From positions 84,971-148,970 of IMG/VR virus record IMGVR_UViG_3300028392_000034: 64,000 bases of DNA. One strand, 5' to 3'. Numbering within the stretch: the first letter of the stretch is position 1; the number at the start of each line of letters is the position of its first letter. Shown here piece after piece: positions 37,041-46,785 of the stretch. The notes under the pieces were generated by a model. It was not told the DNA's origin. It did not search any database and saw only the letters and a list, made by a program, of their open reading frames with translations. Made by a program: the position numbers and the translations under genes. This DNA is from a virus.

Positions 37041-37442
37041 ATGACTAAATTAGCATTTGAACCACACCGAATCTCTCAAAGCCAACTCAAGGCTTTAAAT
37101 GATAACATATTAGTAGCAGACATGGAGTTTGATACTCGATTAAGTCAGGGCGGTATTATTATACCCAATGATAATGGAACCAGTCTGGGTATTCGCCCAC
37201 GCTGGGGTCGTGTATATGCTGTGGGTCCAAAGCAAACGGATGTCGTTGTGGGTCAATGGATTATGGTAGCACATGGCCGTTGGACAAGGGGCATTGATAT
37301 TGACGATGGCACCGCTGACCATAAAATAACCATTCGTAAAATTGATCCCAATGATATCTTGTTGGTTTCAGACGAGCCAGACCGTCCACGCGATGACACA
37401 CATAGCGATGCTGTTTACGTTCCTAACAAATCCAACGAATAA
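37041..37442 (+). CDS. groES: GroES-like co-chaperonin
   Basis: LKALNDNILV, GGIIIP, GRVYAVGP, VVVGQ. Confidence 0.85.
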   Translation: MTKLAFEPHRISQSQLKALNDNILVADMEFDTRLSQGGIIIPNDNGTSLGIRPRWGRVYAVGPKQTDVVVGQWIMVAHGRWTRGIDIDDGTADHKITIRKIDPNDILLVSDEPDRPRDDTHSDAVYVPNKSNE

Positions 37443-37448
37443 AGCGGT

Positions 37449-37670
37449 ATGGGATTTCGTAAACCCGATGTAGCGTCAGCGTATTCTATTATACGCCAGA
37501 GTCTAGGCGAAATACATAGTCCTTACAACGACGGTTTTACCGGACGAGCTTGCAAACAAGAATTGTATATGTTAAAATGTTGGTTAGACGCCGAGTATAA
37601 AAAGCTACCAACTTTTTCAGGCGAAGAAAAATGGGAACAAGACAGACTAGTAGAAATACTCAAACAATAA
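37449..37670 (+). CDS. Hypothetical protein
   Basis: 73 aa in operon. Confidence 0.65.
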   Translation: MGFRKPDVASAYSIIRQSLGEIHSPYNDGFTGRACKQELYMLKCWLDAEYKKLPTFSGEEKWEQDRLVEILKQ

Positions 37671-37688
37671 CATCAAAGGAAAAACAAA

Positions 37689-37872
37689 ATGGCATTGACT
37701 AGACCTACCAAAACACAAGTAGAAAATCCAAACATCATCAAACATCGTGTTATTACTTTTACCAAAAGCGGACTGCGTATTGTGGCCTGTGGATTTTTAG
37801 CCTATTACGACATACAAATTGCAGCCTGTTTGTTTCTAGTAGCAGAGCTGTTGGGTGTGGCCCAAGAATTAA
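37689..37872 (+). CDS. Small membrane protein (ORF track stop at 37877)
   Basis: KSGLRI...AELLGV; RBS AAAGGA. Confidence 0.6.
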
Positions 37873-37898
37873 TTTAAACAGTTGATTAAAGGTATTGA

Positions 37899-38819
37899 AT
37901 GAAAGAACTTTGGATAGAGAAATATAGACCAAAAACTGTAGATGGTTATGTGTTTGTTGATGATAATCAACGTCAACAAGTAGAGTCATGGATTCGAGAT
38001 GGAAGTATTCCAAATCTATTGTTTAGCGGCAGTCCTGGCACAGGCAAAACCACATTAGGAAAACTACTGATCAATGAACTAGGTGTTGATGAGTATGATG
38101 TCCTATATGCTAACGGATCAAAAGAAGGTCGTAAGATTGAATGGGTAGATAAACTGATCAGTTTTTGTCAGACTATGCCATTTGGTAAGTTTAAGGTTGT
38201 GTTTATTGACGAAGCAGACTATTTGAATCCTAATTCAGTTCAACCTGCCATGCGTAACTTAATGGAAGACTATAGTCACAGCGTTCGATTCATTTTAACT
38301 TGTAACTATCCTAATAAAATTATTCCGCCGCTACATTCAAGACTGCAACAGTTACATATCTTAAAAAGTGATCATACTGAATTTACAGCCCGCGCTGCCA
38401 CGGTGTTAGTGACAGAAGAAATTGAATTTGATATTGATACCTTAGATAGTTATGTCCGTGCCACTTATCCAGATCTGCGTAAGTGCTTACAGTTATTACA
38501 ACAAAATAGTCAGTCTGGCGTGTTGAATGCACCCAACAGCGCAGACAAGAGTGTAGGCGATTGGAAACTGGATTGTGTTCAGTTGTTTAAGTCGGGCAAA
38601 ATTCGTGAAGCCCGAACACTAATTTGTCAGCAAAGCACTCCAGAAGAAACCGAAGATATTTTTCGCTGGATGTATGACAATTTAGATCTCTGGACCACTG
38701 ATGTAGAACGTCAAGACCAAGCAATCATTATTATTCGCAACGGCATGGCTGCAATGCCAATGGTAGCTGATCAAGAAATCAATTTAAGTGCCACACTGTG
38801 TGAACTAAGCAGGCTGTAA
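37899..38819 (+). CDS. Clamp loader AAA+ subunit (T4 gp44/RFC-like)
   Basis: WIEKYRP, GSPGTGKTT, IDEAD, FILTCNY. Confidence 0.93.
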   Translation: MKELWIEKYRPKTVDGYVFVDDNQRQQVESWIRDGSIPNLLFSGSPGTGKTTLGKLLINELGVDEYDVLYANGSKEGRKIEWVDKLISFCQTMPFGKFKVVFIDEADYLNPNSVQPAMRNLMEDYSHSVRFILTCNYPNKIIPPLHSRLQQLHILKSDHTEFTARAATVLVTEEIEFDIDTLDSYVRATYPDLRKCLQLLQQNSQSGVLNAPNSADKSVGDWKLDCVQLFKSGKIREARTLICQQSTPEETEDIFRWMYDNLDLWTTDVERQDQAIIIIRNGMAAMPMVADQEINLSATLCELSRL

Positions 38820-38821
38820 CA

Positions 38822-39958
38822 ATGCCGGCATATGAGGTTCTTGAACCTGCAATAGATCCCAACAATAGAATCTCTTTTCTATTGGATTGGGAACTCACAA
38901 TGAAGTGTAATCTTGATTGTAGTTATTGTGACTCAGGATTAAACGGAGGACACGATAACTCTACCAAACATCCTCCAAAAGACAAATGTATCCAAGCTCT
39001 AGAGTTTATGTTTGAATATGCGGATCAATACATGCAATTCAAGCCTAATGGACTACGGTATGTTGTGCTCAATGTGTATGGTGGAGAAAGTTTACACCAC
39101 CCTGATATAGTAGAAATATTATCTCAAATACAACAAAAATATCAACCATACGCAGACCGTTGGAAATTAACAGTTACTACAACAACCAATGCCATAATAT
39201 CCGATAAAAAATTATCAAAAATAATTCCTTATATTGATGAATTCACCGTGAGTTCTCATGTGGAATGTACCGACCGTCAAAAACAACAGTTTAAACACAA
39301 TCTATTGTCTATTAGAGACTCGGGTAAGAGATTAAAATGTATTGTGATGCTGCATGATAATCCGCAACTATTTCAACAATCTCAAGATTTTTTATTATGG
39401 CTTGATGAAAATCAAATACGCTCATTGCCCAAACAAATCGACGGCGCCAGTTTAAATCAATCGTATGATCAACAACAAATAAAATGGTTTAATTCAATAT
39501 ATCAAAATAAAACATACGGAACAAAAATCTTTGAAATTATCAATACTGATGTTGGTGCGTCTTCCAATCTCAGTCAGGTCGGACGAGCCTGTTGTGGCGG
39601 CAGACAAAGTTGTCTAGATCAGAATTACAAGGAACGCCACTATTACGTTCTCGATAATAAATTTCCAGACTGGTATTGTAGTGTGAATCAATTTTTTCTT
39701 TTTATCAAACAGGTCAATGGAGAAGTATATGTCAATAAAGATTGCAAAATGACATTTGATGGAACCGTTGGGCCAATTGGAAATTTAGATGAGCCTGACA
39801 AAATCATCAACCAACTAAAAACACAACTAAATAACGGACAGCCTGTAATACAATGTAAAATACCCGTATGTCGTTGTGGTCTTTGCGCTCCTAAAGCGAA
39901 AAATCTAGACACATATCATTCAATCATAAAAAAATATCAAAAAAATCACATCACATGA
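38822..39958 (+). CDS. Radical SAM protein
   Basis: CNLDCSYC, YGGE, C-terminal Cys cluster. Confidence 0.9.
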   Translation: MPAYEVLEPAIDPNNRISFLLDWELTMKCNLDCSYCDSGLNGGHDNSTKHPPKDKCIQALEFMFEYADQYMQFKPNGLRYVVLNVYGGESLHHPDIVEILSQIQQKYQPYADRWKLTVTTTTNAIISDKKLSKIIPYIDEFTVSSHVECTDRQKQQFKHNLLSIRDSGKRLKCIVMLHDNPQLFQQSQDFLLWLDENQIRSLPKQIDGASLNQSYDQQQIKWFNSIYQNKTYGTKIFEIINTDVGASSNLSQVGRACCGGRQSCLDQNYKERHYYVLDNKFPDWYCSVNQFFLFIKQVNGEVYVNKDCKMTFDGTVGPIGNLDEPDKIINQLKTQLNNGQPVIQCKIPVCRCGLCAPKAKNLDTYHSIIKKYQKNHIT

Positions 39959-40236
39959 GATACCTGATGCTAACATATTATTACCAGCCCTCTGGTAAAA
40001 TCGACGAAGTCATGACTGTGGCAACTCGAGTCAAAAATAAAGATTGGCAAACTGCCAGTGTAATTTTGGACTTTAAAGAACAAATAGTTCTCAAAGCTGC
40101 CCTGCGTGATACTGCTATTCCTAAAGACTGGGATCGAATTGTTGGCTACTATTATCCGTTCTATACCAACATCATGGAAAGATTATTGCAACAAAACGGT
40201 CATGAATTACCCAAGGCAGTCGCAATGCAACCATAA
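39955..40236 (+). CDS. Hypothetical protein
   Basis: ATGA-coupled, 93 aa. Confidence 0.7.
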   Translation: MRYLMLTYYYQPSGKIDEVMTVATRVKNKDWQTASVILDFKEQIVLKAALRDTAIPKDWDRIVGYYYPFYTNIMERLLQQNGHELPKAVAMQP

Positions 40237-40242
40237 TGACTC

Positions 40243-41151
40243 ATGATTGAATCAATTACTGGATTTCACATTGAACCTACTAATATTTGCACACTAAAAT
40301 GTCCTGGTTGTGCAAGAACTCAATTTATTGAACAGTGGCCACAGCACTGGAAAAATCAAAGTCTTGATATTGATTTATTGTTGCAGTTTCTTGATATTGA
40401 TTTGACCAATATAGGTATAAAATTATGCGGCGACTACGGTGATCCGATATATCATTATGATTTTATCAATTTTGTCCGGCGGTTAAAACAAAAAGGTGCT
40501 GTGGTGATGATCACCACCAATGGCAGTTATAAAACACATAACTGGTGGCAAGAGTTAGTTGATATGTTATCGTCCCAGGACAACATAACGTTCAGTATCG
40601 ACGGTACTCCTGAAAATTTTACCCAATATCGAATCAACGCCGATTGGGATTCAATTCGAGTTGGACTAGATGTTGTTGCTGGTTCCAATTGCAATAGTCA
40701 TTGGAAATATATACCTTTTGCGTTCAATCAAACTGATATTGAACAGGTAGAAAAACTCAGTCAGACAATTGGCATCAAGAATTTCTATGTGGGATTCAGT
40801 GACCGATTTGACGAAAAAACTCAGCACTTGATCCCAGACAAGTCGTTGATTAGTTCTCGTTACGCTGTGCAGGCCAAATGGAAATTAGAAAATGCCGCAA
40901 CAGCATTGACACCCAAATGCCATACCGGCCATGAGCATTTTATTACAGCCGGCGGACATTATATTCCATGTTGCTATCTTGCCGACCATAGATTTTATTA
41001 CAAAACACCATTTGGTAAAAACAAACCGCAATACGATATTCGTCAACATACCCTGTCTGAAATTTTACAACAGCCGCAGACCATAGAGTTTTATCAAACA
41101 CTGGATCAACATCCTGGATGCCAATACAACTGCCCAAACACAGCCGGTTGA
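40243..41151 (+). CDS. Radical SAM protein with SPASM/twitch-like C-terminus
   Basis: CTLKCPGC, TTNG, FSIDG, C...G..IPCC. Confidence 0.9.
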   Translation: MIESITGFHIEPTNICTLKCPGCARTQFIEQWPQHWKNQSLDIDLLLQFLDIDLTNIGIKLCGDYGDPIYHYDFINFVRRLKQKGAVVMITTNGSYKTHNWWQELVDMLSSQDNITFSIDGTPENFTQYRINADWDSIRVGLDVVAGSNCNSHWKYIPFAFNQTDIEQVEKLSQTIGIKNFYVGFSDRFDEKTQHLIPDKSLISSRYAVQAKWKLENAATALTPKCHTGHEHFITAGGHYIPCCYLADHRFYYKTPFGKNKPQYDIRQHTLSEILQQPQTIEFYQTLDQHPGCQYNCPNTAG

Positions 41152-41182
41152 CCAAAACTGTGCTTTGTAGTATAATAACAGT
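41148..41182 (+). promoter_or_regulatory. Early promoter, leaderless
   Basis: TTGACC-17-TATAAT-AACAGT-ATG. Confidence 0.8.
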
Positions 41183-41785
41183 ATGAAATCAAAATATCAA
41201 AATTTAAACAAACTGATTCTAACCGACGCTGATGGTGTGCTATTAGATTGGGAATGGGCATTTAATGTTTGGATGCAAGAACACGGCTTTGAAGAAGTCT
41301 CGGGCAGTAAACTCAATTATGATATGAGTGTGCGTTACGGTATACCAAAAGAGCAAGTTAAAAAACTGATACGCATCTTTAATGAATCGGCCGCAATTGG
41401 ATTTTTACCTGCACTACGTGATGCCATGTATTATGTCAAGCGACTGCATGAAGAATACGGATTTAGATTTCACTGTATCACCAGTTTGAGTTTGGATCCT
41501 AATGCACAAAAACTTCGCGAAATGAATCTAAATAAATTGTTCGGGACGTCGGTATTTGAACGTATTGTGTGCTTGGACACCGGTGCTGACAAAGAAGAGG
41601 CCTTGGAAGAATACAAAGGCTCTGGATGCTATTGGCTTGAGGACAAACCAGAAAATGCCGAAGCTGGCTACAATGTAGGCCTACAAAGTCTACTGGTAGA
41701 ACACGGGCATAACATGCATTATTATCACAAAGGCATTACTGTAGTTAAAAACTGGAAGCACATTTACGAGATCGTTACCGGATGA
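41183..41785 (+). CDS. HAD-family 5'(3')-deoxyribonucleotidase-like phosphatase
   Basis: DADGVL, ITS, K, LEDK. Confidence 0.85.
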   Translation: MKSKYQNLNKLILTDADGVLLDWEWAFNVWMQEHGFEEVSGSKLNYDMSVRYGIPKEQVKKLIRIFNESAAIGFLPALRDAMYYVKRLHEEYGFRFHCITSLSLDPNAQKLREMNLNKLFGTSVFERIVCLDTGADKEEALEEYKGSGCYWLEDKPENAEAGYNVGLQSLLVEHGHNMHYYHKGITVVKNWKHIYEIVTG

Positions 41786-42510
41786 CGCCGTTGATACACA
41801 ATTATTCACAAGTAGCAGGTCGAACCCTACACTGGGATACCAGCGACAATAAAAATAACTATATTCAGAGCCTACAAAATCCAGTAGCATATCAACGACT
41901 ACATGATCTTGGATTTATAAATACACAGATTGACTACCAATACAATAGTCACGGGTTTAGAACAAAAGAATTTGATCAGCCATTTGATGCAGTGTGTTTT
42001 GGTTGTAGTTTTACCATGGGCACCGGAGTTCACAGTCGAGATACCTGGCCTGAACAGTTGTCTGCTATCACCGGTCTGTCGGTGGCCAATCTTGGACATG
42101 CTGGCAGTAGCAACGATACAGCCGTTAGATTTGCATTGCATTATTTGCCATTGCTACGCCCTCAGTATGCCATATGGCTACAAACAGATATGCATCGTAT
42201 TGAGCTATTGGATGAATCATTTCCAATGAGCTTGAATATTATAGCTAGTGATACTCAAAATCCCTGTGCCAACGATTTCTTTATTAAAACTTGGTTCACG
42301 TCGCCCTCTAATCAACAGTTGAATCTTCAAAAGAACGCCTTGGCATTTAAACAGCTATGCAATTCTTTGGGTATACAGAGTATAATTTTGCCCAGAGATA
42401 ACGCCATGGATTATCCATGGCCTGGTGGCACAGCTAGAGATTTACTACATCCTGGTGCAGACATATATAAAAAACTAGCCCAACAAGTTGCTGGGCTACT
42501 GGTTTCCTAA
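41782..42510 (+). CDS. SGNH/GDSL-like protein
   Basis: FGCSFTMG, NLGHAGSSN, DLLHPG. Confidence 0.7.
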   Translation: MTPLIHNYSQVAGRTLHWDTSDNKNNYIQSLQNPVAYQRLHDLGFINTQIDYQYNSHGFRTKEFDQPFDAVCFGCSFTMGTGVHSRDTWPEQLSAITGLSVANLGHAGSSNDTAVRFALHYLPLLRPQYAIWLQTDMHRIELLDESFPMSLNIIASDTQNPCANDFFIKTWFTSPSNQQLNLQKNALAFKQLCNSLGIQSIILPRDNAMDYPWPGGTARDLLHPGADIYKKLAQQVAGLLVS

Positions 42511-43256
42511 TCGGAGTAAAGTCGTAGCACAGAATCAATGATTCTATGCCGCTGTATGTCTTGATTGTCAAGATTGCAAACAGCTATTCCTTTTACACCC
42601 CCTTCCCCCAGTCTTTGGCACAGGTCCATTAGACCATTATTGCCGCGGTTGCGATCCGCTTGTTCTACGTCGCCCGTGATTACAATTTTACTACCTTGGC
42701 CAATACGGGTCATTAGCATTTTGCACTGATTGGGAGTTGCATTCTGCATCTCGTCAGCGATAATATACGCATTTTTAAAAGTGCGGCCGCGCATGAAGGC
42801 CAATGGAGCTATCTCTATTCGTTGCTCCTGGATCATGGCAGCAATGTCCGGCTGACGATAATACTCACGTAGTATATCAGTCAATGGACGAACCCATGGA
42901 TCCATCTTTTGATTTAAATCACCGGGCAAGAACCCGTGCTGTTCATCTTCTACACCCACTGCGGGCCGCGTCAATACTATACGATTGACCTCACCTGCTC
43001 TAAATGCCTTTACTGCTGCCAGCATGGCTAAATATGTTTTTCCTGTTCCTGCTGGTCCTGCTGTGATCACAATCGGCTGATCTGCATCTTGCAAAGCCAG
43101 CACCAAACGTTCTTGATTTCTTGTGCGTGGCACAATATCAATGGGTCGTTGTTTTACTGGTTTTACTTGATCGAAGCGGATTGTATTTTCTTGATATGTC
43201 ATGTCATGACGTTTTTGTGATTTTGCTGCTCTTTGTCTACTCAATTTATACTCCAT
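42507..43256 (-). CDS. phoH: PhoH-family ATPase (start may be TTG 43244)
   Basis: GPAGTGKT, LTRPAV, GFLPG, MRGRT, DEMQN, TGD..Q. Confidence 0.95.
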   Translation of the reverse strand: MEYKLSRQRAAKSQKRHDMTYQENTIRFDQVKPVKQRPIDIVPRTRNQERLVLALQDADQPIVITAGPAGTGKTYLAMLAAVKAFRAGEVNRIVLTRPAVGVEDEQHGFLPGDLNQKMDPWVRPLTDILREYYRQPDIAAMIQEQRIEIAPLAFMRGRTFKNAYIIADEMQNATPNQCKMLMTRIGQGSKIVITGDVEQADRNRGNNGLMDLCQRLGEGGVKGIAVCNLDNQDIQRHRIIDSVLRLYSD

Positions 43257-43422
43257 TGTAGTTGAGTTACTTCTAACAGCACCTTTTGCTGTCCAAGTAT
43301 TTACGGATCTAGTTCCTTGAGTTTAGTGTGGGTAGTAAATGATTCAAAAACGGCATAAGTATTAGGCTACACTCCAGATATTCAAACTCTCTGCTTAGAT
43401 CGAAATCACCATAAATAATCGT

Positions 43423-44013
43423 ATGAGCAAAACCATTGATCAAGCTATATTCAAAGACGGTGCCGACTATTGGCAAATAGCCCAAAACATTCAGGATATC
43501 TATCTCAGTGAAGGCAGTCTCCTGACCCTACTGGACTTTGAGCGTGTGCTGGATGAGCTGGATTTGTATGCTTTTAAAAACTGGCAAATTGGCGAATTGG
43601 TATCTGGCCCTGAGATCAGCAAATACCGTGTGACTTGCATTTTTATGTGGCCAGAAAAGCTAATGCCAGATCCAAGAGGCGGGCGTAGATTATTGCCGTT
43701 TGATTGTGTGGTCAAATACAAAAAAACACAAATGAAAGTGCCGATCAAGATTGAAGATCCTAGTGATTATCGTCCAGGCACCCATAAAGCTCGCATAACA
43801 GAAAAACCCGTATGGCTAGTAGAAATATCCATGCCCAAAGCCTTGATGAGTGATATACGCACAGGCTCAGTAGAATTAGAAGATCAAGATATTGATTTAG
43901 CTGACTTAGATGATGCCTACGAGCAGGATCTAGATCAAGAAAGTTATCAAAGTGATTCACAGGCCCAAAATGCACAACAACAACTCCAACAACCTCAACA
44001 ACCTGCTTTCTGA
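43423..44013 (+). CDS. Hypothetical late protein
   Basis: TAAATA 5 nt before ATG; LDFERVLD...MPDPRGG. Confidence 0.75.
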   Translation: MSKTIDQAIFKDGADYWQIAQNIQDIYLSEGSLLTLLDFERVLDELDLYAFKNWQIGELVSGPEISKYRVTCIFMWPEKLMPDPRGGRRLLPFDCVVKYKKTQMKVPIKIEDPSDYRPGTHKARITEKPVWLVEISMPKALMSDIRTGSVELEDQDIDLADLDDAYEQDLDQESYQSDSQAQNAQQQLQQPQQPAF

Positions 44014-44539
44014 AAGCCTAGGGTTTAAAGACCTTGACGGCATGATGAAGCCCACGGTTCACGTGGACGAATTTTCAAGCAAAATGGGCGATGACGACGA
44101 TGTCATAGTCATCAGCTTCTTTGTGCGTGATCAACAGGCCGCCAAAGACCTAATGAATTGGTTTGAAAAGGGTTACGACTTTGTGTTGGATGCTGATCGT
44201 AGTCCAGGTGAAATCAAACCCAATCGGTATTTGGTCTATGTGGAAATTCGCCGTCGCTCAACGGCTGGTGGCAATGTAGAACAGTTGTTGGATGATCTAA
44301 ATACCCTGACTGAATTTGACGACAGTTCGGCGTGGACCATGCACTATAAAGGTAAAGAAACTCCTTTTAGTAGAGATGAGTTCGATCGGTTAGTTCCGTT
44401 GAGCCCAAGAGCTTACCGCGAACGTTATGAACGAGATCTAAATGAAGTGCGTGTTGCTGCCGGTATACCAGTGGTCAGTAACTATGATAAACGAGATCGA
44501 GCATTACAAGCCATTCAATCAGCCGCTGGCATACTGTAA
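43970..44539 (+). CDS. Hypothetical protein
   Basis: IDE-like VDEFSSKMG, FEKGY; start uncertain. Confidence 0.7.
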   Translation: MHNNNSNNLNNLLSESLGFKDLDGMMKPTVHVDEFSSKMGDDDDVIVISFFVRDQQAAKDLMNWFEKGYDFVLDADRSPGEIKPNRYLVYVEIRRRSTAGGNVEQLLDDLNTLTEFDDSSAWTMHYKGKETPFSRDEFDRLVPLSPRAYRERYERDLNEVRVAAGIPVVSNYDKRDRALQAIQSAAGIL

Positions 44540-44580
44540 AAATTCTGATTCAACTGCGTAATATAGGTATATAATTGCCT

Positions 44581-45264
44581 ATGCGATTAAAAAGTTTTGG
44601 GTGTAGTTTCATACACGGAACAGAATTATCCGATCAAACATTTGTTGGCGTACGAGATATGCCAAGTCAATCCACCTGGCCAGCACACTTGGCACGTCAC
44701 CTCAACCGACAATATCGATGTTTTTCTCATGGCGGGTCTGGAAATTTACAAATATTAACACGAGTATTAGATCAAGCAGCCAGTAGCGACAGTTTAGATG
44801 TATTTGTAATTGGATGGACTTGGATTGAACGTTTTGATTATTACGTTGACAATCACGGTGATCAAGCCATAGACCCTTGGAATACTATAAGCCCAACGGA
44901 TCAAAGCACAGTTGCACAAATATACTATCGAGATCTACATTCTGAATTTCGTGATAAGTTAGTGAGTTTAACCAGCATAAAACTAGCAATCGATACCTTA
45001 CAACAACGCAATATACCGTTTATTATGACCAGTCTAGACGAGTTATTGTTTGATCAACGCTGGCATGTTTCGCCAGCCATATTGGATCTTCAGGCTTATA
45101 TACGACCTTTTATAACTGATTTCGATGGACAAAATTTCCTAGAGTGGACCAAACGCAACGGGCATCCGATTGGGTCTGGCGGCCACCCACTAGAAGCGGC
45201 ACACTGTGCCGCTGGTGATTATATGATCAAAGTTTTTGATAAACAAAATACAATCGATCATTAG
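44581..45264 (+). CDS. SGNH/GDSL-like protein
   Basis: FGCSFIHG, GGSGN, GWTW..R, GHP...H. Confidence 0.7.
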   Translation: MRLKSFGCSFIHGTELSDQTFVGVRDMPSQSTWPAHLARHLNRQYRCFSHGGSGNLQILTRVLDQAASSDSLDVFVIGWTWIERFDYYVDNHGDQAIDPWNTISPTDQSTVAQIYYRDLHSEFRDKLVSLTSIKLAIDTLQQRNIPFIMTSLDELLFDQRWHVSPAILDLQAYIRPFITDFDGQNFLEWTKRNGHPIGSGGHPLEAAHCAAGDYMIKVFDKQNTIDH

Positions 45265-45946
45265 TATCTTTTTTAAACTCTAACAATTTTAAATTGTATT
45301 TTTCAGCAAACTCTTTTACTATTTCAAATGTCCACGGAAATATTTCCACATACGGACCGGTCTTGTGTGTAATACCTGGATTGGCCCGCAAGTAAAATCG
45401 ACCGCCTGCATCCAGTATATCCACACATTTTTTAAAGCGACTTTCTATTTCATCACGATCGTTGAAGTTGATTGATCCTAGTGCAATAACAACATCATGG
45501 CTCCCCACATAATCCAAAATATCAACCATATAGTCAGCACAGTTGTTGTAAGGGTCGATACCAAGTAAATTGTTAATCCTACCCTTAAATGGGTGATACC
45601 CGCAACCAACGTCCAAAACGCTTCGAGGATTCTGTTTATTAATTTCATCTGCTAGTTCCCATCCTGTGTAATCATAATCGCCTGTTCTAGGCTTCCAAAT
45701 TTCGCCAAAAAAGCGATTGATATAACGCTCACTTAGGTCATGTGTTATATCCCGTACGGTGCCTATATACTCACAAGGCAAACTCAACTCTGCTTCCACA
45801 GCATCTTTGAACTTTCTATAACGTGCCGGAGTCCAGGGCAGGTCTTGCACAATAGTATCGGCGTCAATTACGATGTCGGCATACTTGGGCAAATTAAAGG
45901 CTGTAGTTAAATTTTCTTTAATCAGGTTAAAAATTTTGGTGTTCAT
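45227..45946 (-). CDS. Class I SAM methyltransferase with ACP-like N-terminal domain
   Basis: VLDVGCG, GIDP, ALGSINF; N-terminal 75 aa resemble an ACP helix pattern. Confidence 0.8.
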   Translation of the reverse strand: MNTKIFNLIKENLTTAFNLPKYADIVIDADTIVQDLPWTPARYRKFKDAVEAELSLPCEYIGTVRDITHDLSERYINRFFGEIWKPRTGDYDYTGWELADEINKQNPRSVLDVGCGYHPFKGRINNLLGIDPYNNCADYMVDILDYVGSHDVVIALGSINFNDRDEIESRFKKCVDILDAGGRFYLRANPGITHKTGPYVEIFPWTFEIVKEFAEKYNLKLLEFKKDTNDRLYFVYQKL

Positions 45947-46691
45947 TGATATCTTTCATTGTTTGTGTTGCAATATAAAACGCACATGTCCATTTATATG
46001 TGCCCATTTGTCTATTTTACTTTGCGGAAATCCTTGAAGTGTGGGATAATCTAATAAGTTAATTTTGTATCCTGTTGAATGCAGTATATCATCAAATAAT
46101 AAAATCAATTGTTCCATTGGAACATTAGGCTTGTTAGGTAAAACATTAAAATTAAATGTAAATAAAAATTGATCTTTTACTATATTCATTGCTAGATCAA
46201 TTTGTTTGGGCACCTCACTCCATTTAATGAAATGAAGGCTGTTCAGCGCCATTCCGCAAGTCCAATTCTTTGCATGTCCTCGACTGAAATCCTCATCAAA
46301 AAAATCAACAAAATCTTGTTTTGAAAATTCATTTGTATTAGGATCAAATCCCACAATGTTCGGGAACCAGTTTTTCCAAACACATTCTCCACAGCCTACG
46401 TCAATAACCGATTCGGGTTGATTGTTATATAACTGATCAATGTAATAGCAAATGTCTCGGAATCCTATTTTCAACCCTGATTCATAAAGGTATCTGGGAC
46501 TAATTTCAAGATCACCCACAGTATCAAACAGTCGATCATAGTGTTTTAATAATTTAGCATTCAGGTCCGGGAAATTTTTAAATGTTGTGTTCGGTGAATA
46601 GGGGTTAATTAACATAGTTTTTCCAGTTCAAGTTAAAAATTTTGGTGTTCATTAAAATTTCTTTAAAAAGGTTAAAAATTTTAGTGTTCAT
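45908..46691 (-). repeat. Three copies of the MTase 5' end ATGAACAC(C/T)AAAATTTTTAAC
   Basis: ATGs at 45946, 46652 and 46691. Confidence 0.85.
45956..46615 (-). CDS. Class I SAM methyltransferase-like protein
   Basis: VIDVGCG, GFDP, ALNSLHF. Confidence 0.75.
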   Translation of the reverse strand: MLINPYSPNTTFKNFPDLNAKLLKHYDRLFDTVGDLEISPRYLYESGLKIGFRDICYYIDQLYNNQPESVIDVGCGECVWKNWFPNIVGFDPNTNEFSKQDFVDFFDEDFSRGHAKNWTCGMALNSLHFIKWSEVPKQIDLAMNIVKDQFLFTFNFNVLPNKPNVPMEQLILLFDDILHSTGYKINLLDYPTLQGFPQSKIDKWAHINGHVRFILQHKQ

Positions 46692-46712
46692 ACGAAATTT
46701 TCCGTTCTTTGA

Positions 46713-46775
46713 TAAATAAATTTACAAGAGAGATAAAAAATTTTGCCTCCCTTGTAAATTCATCATAACTATTTA
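46713..46775. promoter_or_regulatory. Face-to-face TAAATA motifs flanking an inverted repeat
   Basis: + TAAATA 46713-46718; AATTTACAAG 46719-46728 / CTTGTAAATT 46751-46760; - TAAATA 46770-46775. Confidence 0.55.
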
Positions 46776-46785
46776 AGGAGATTAT

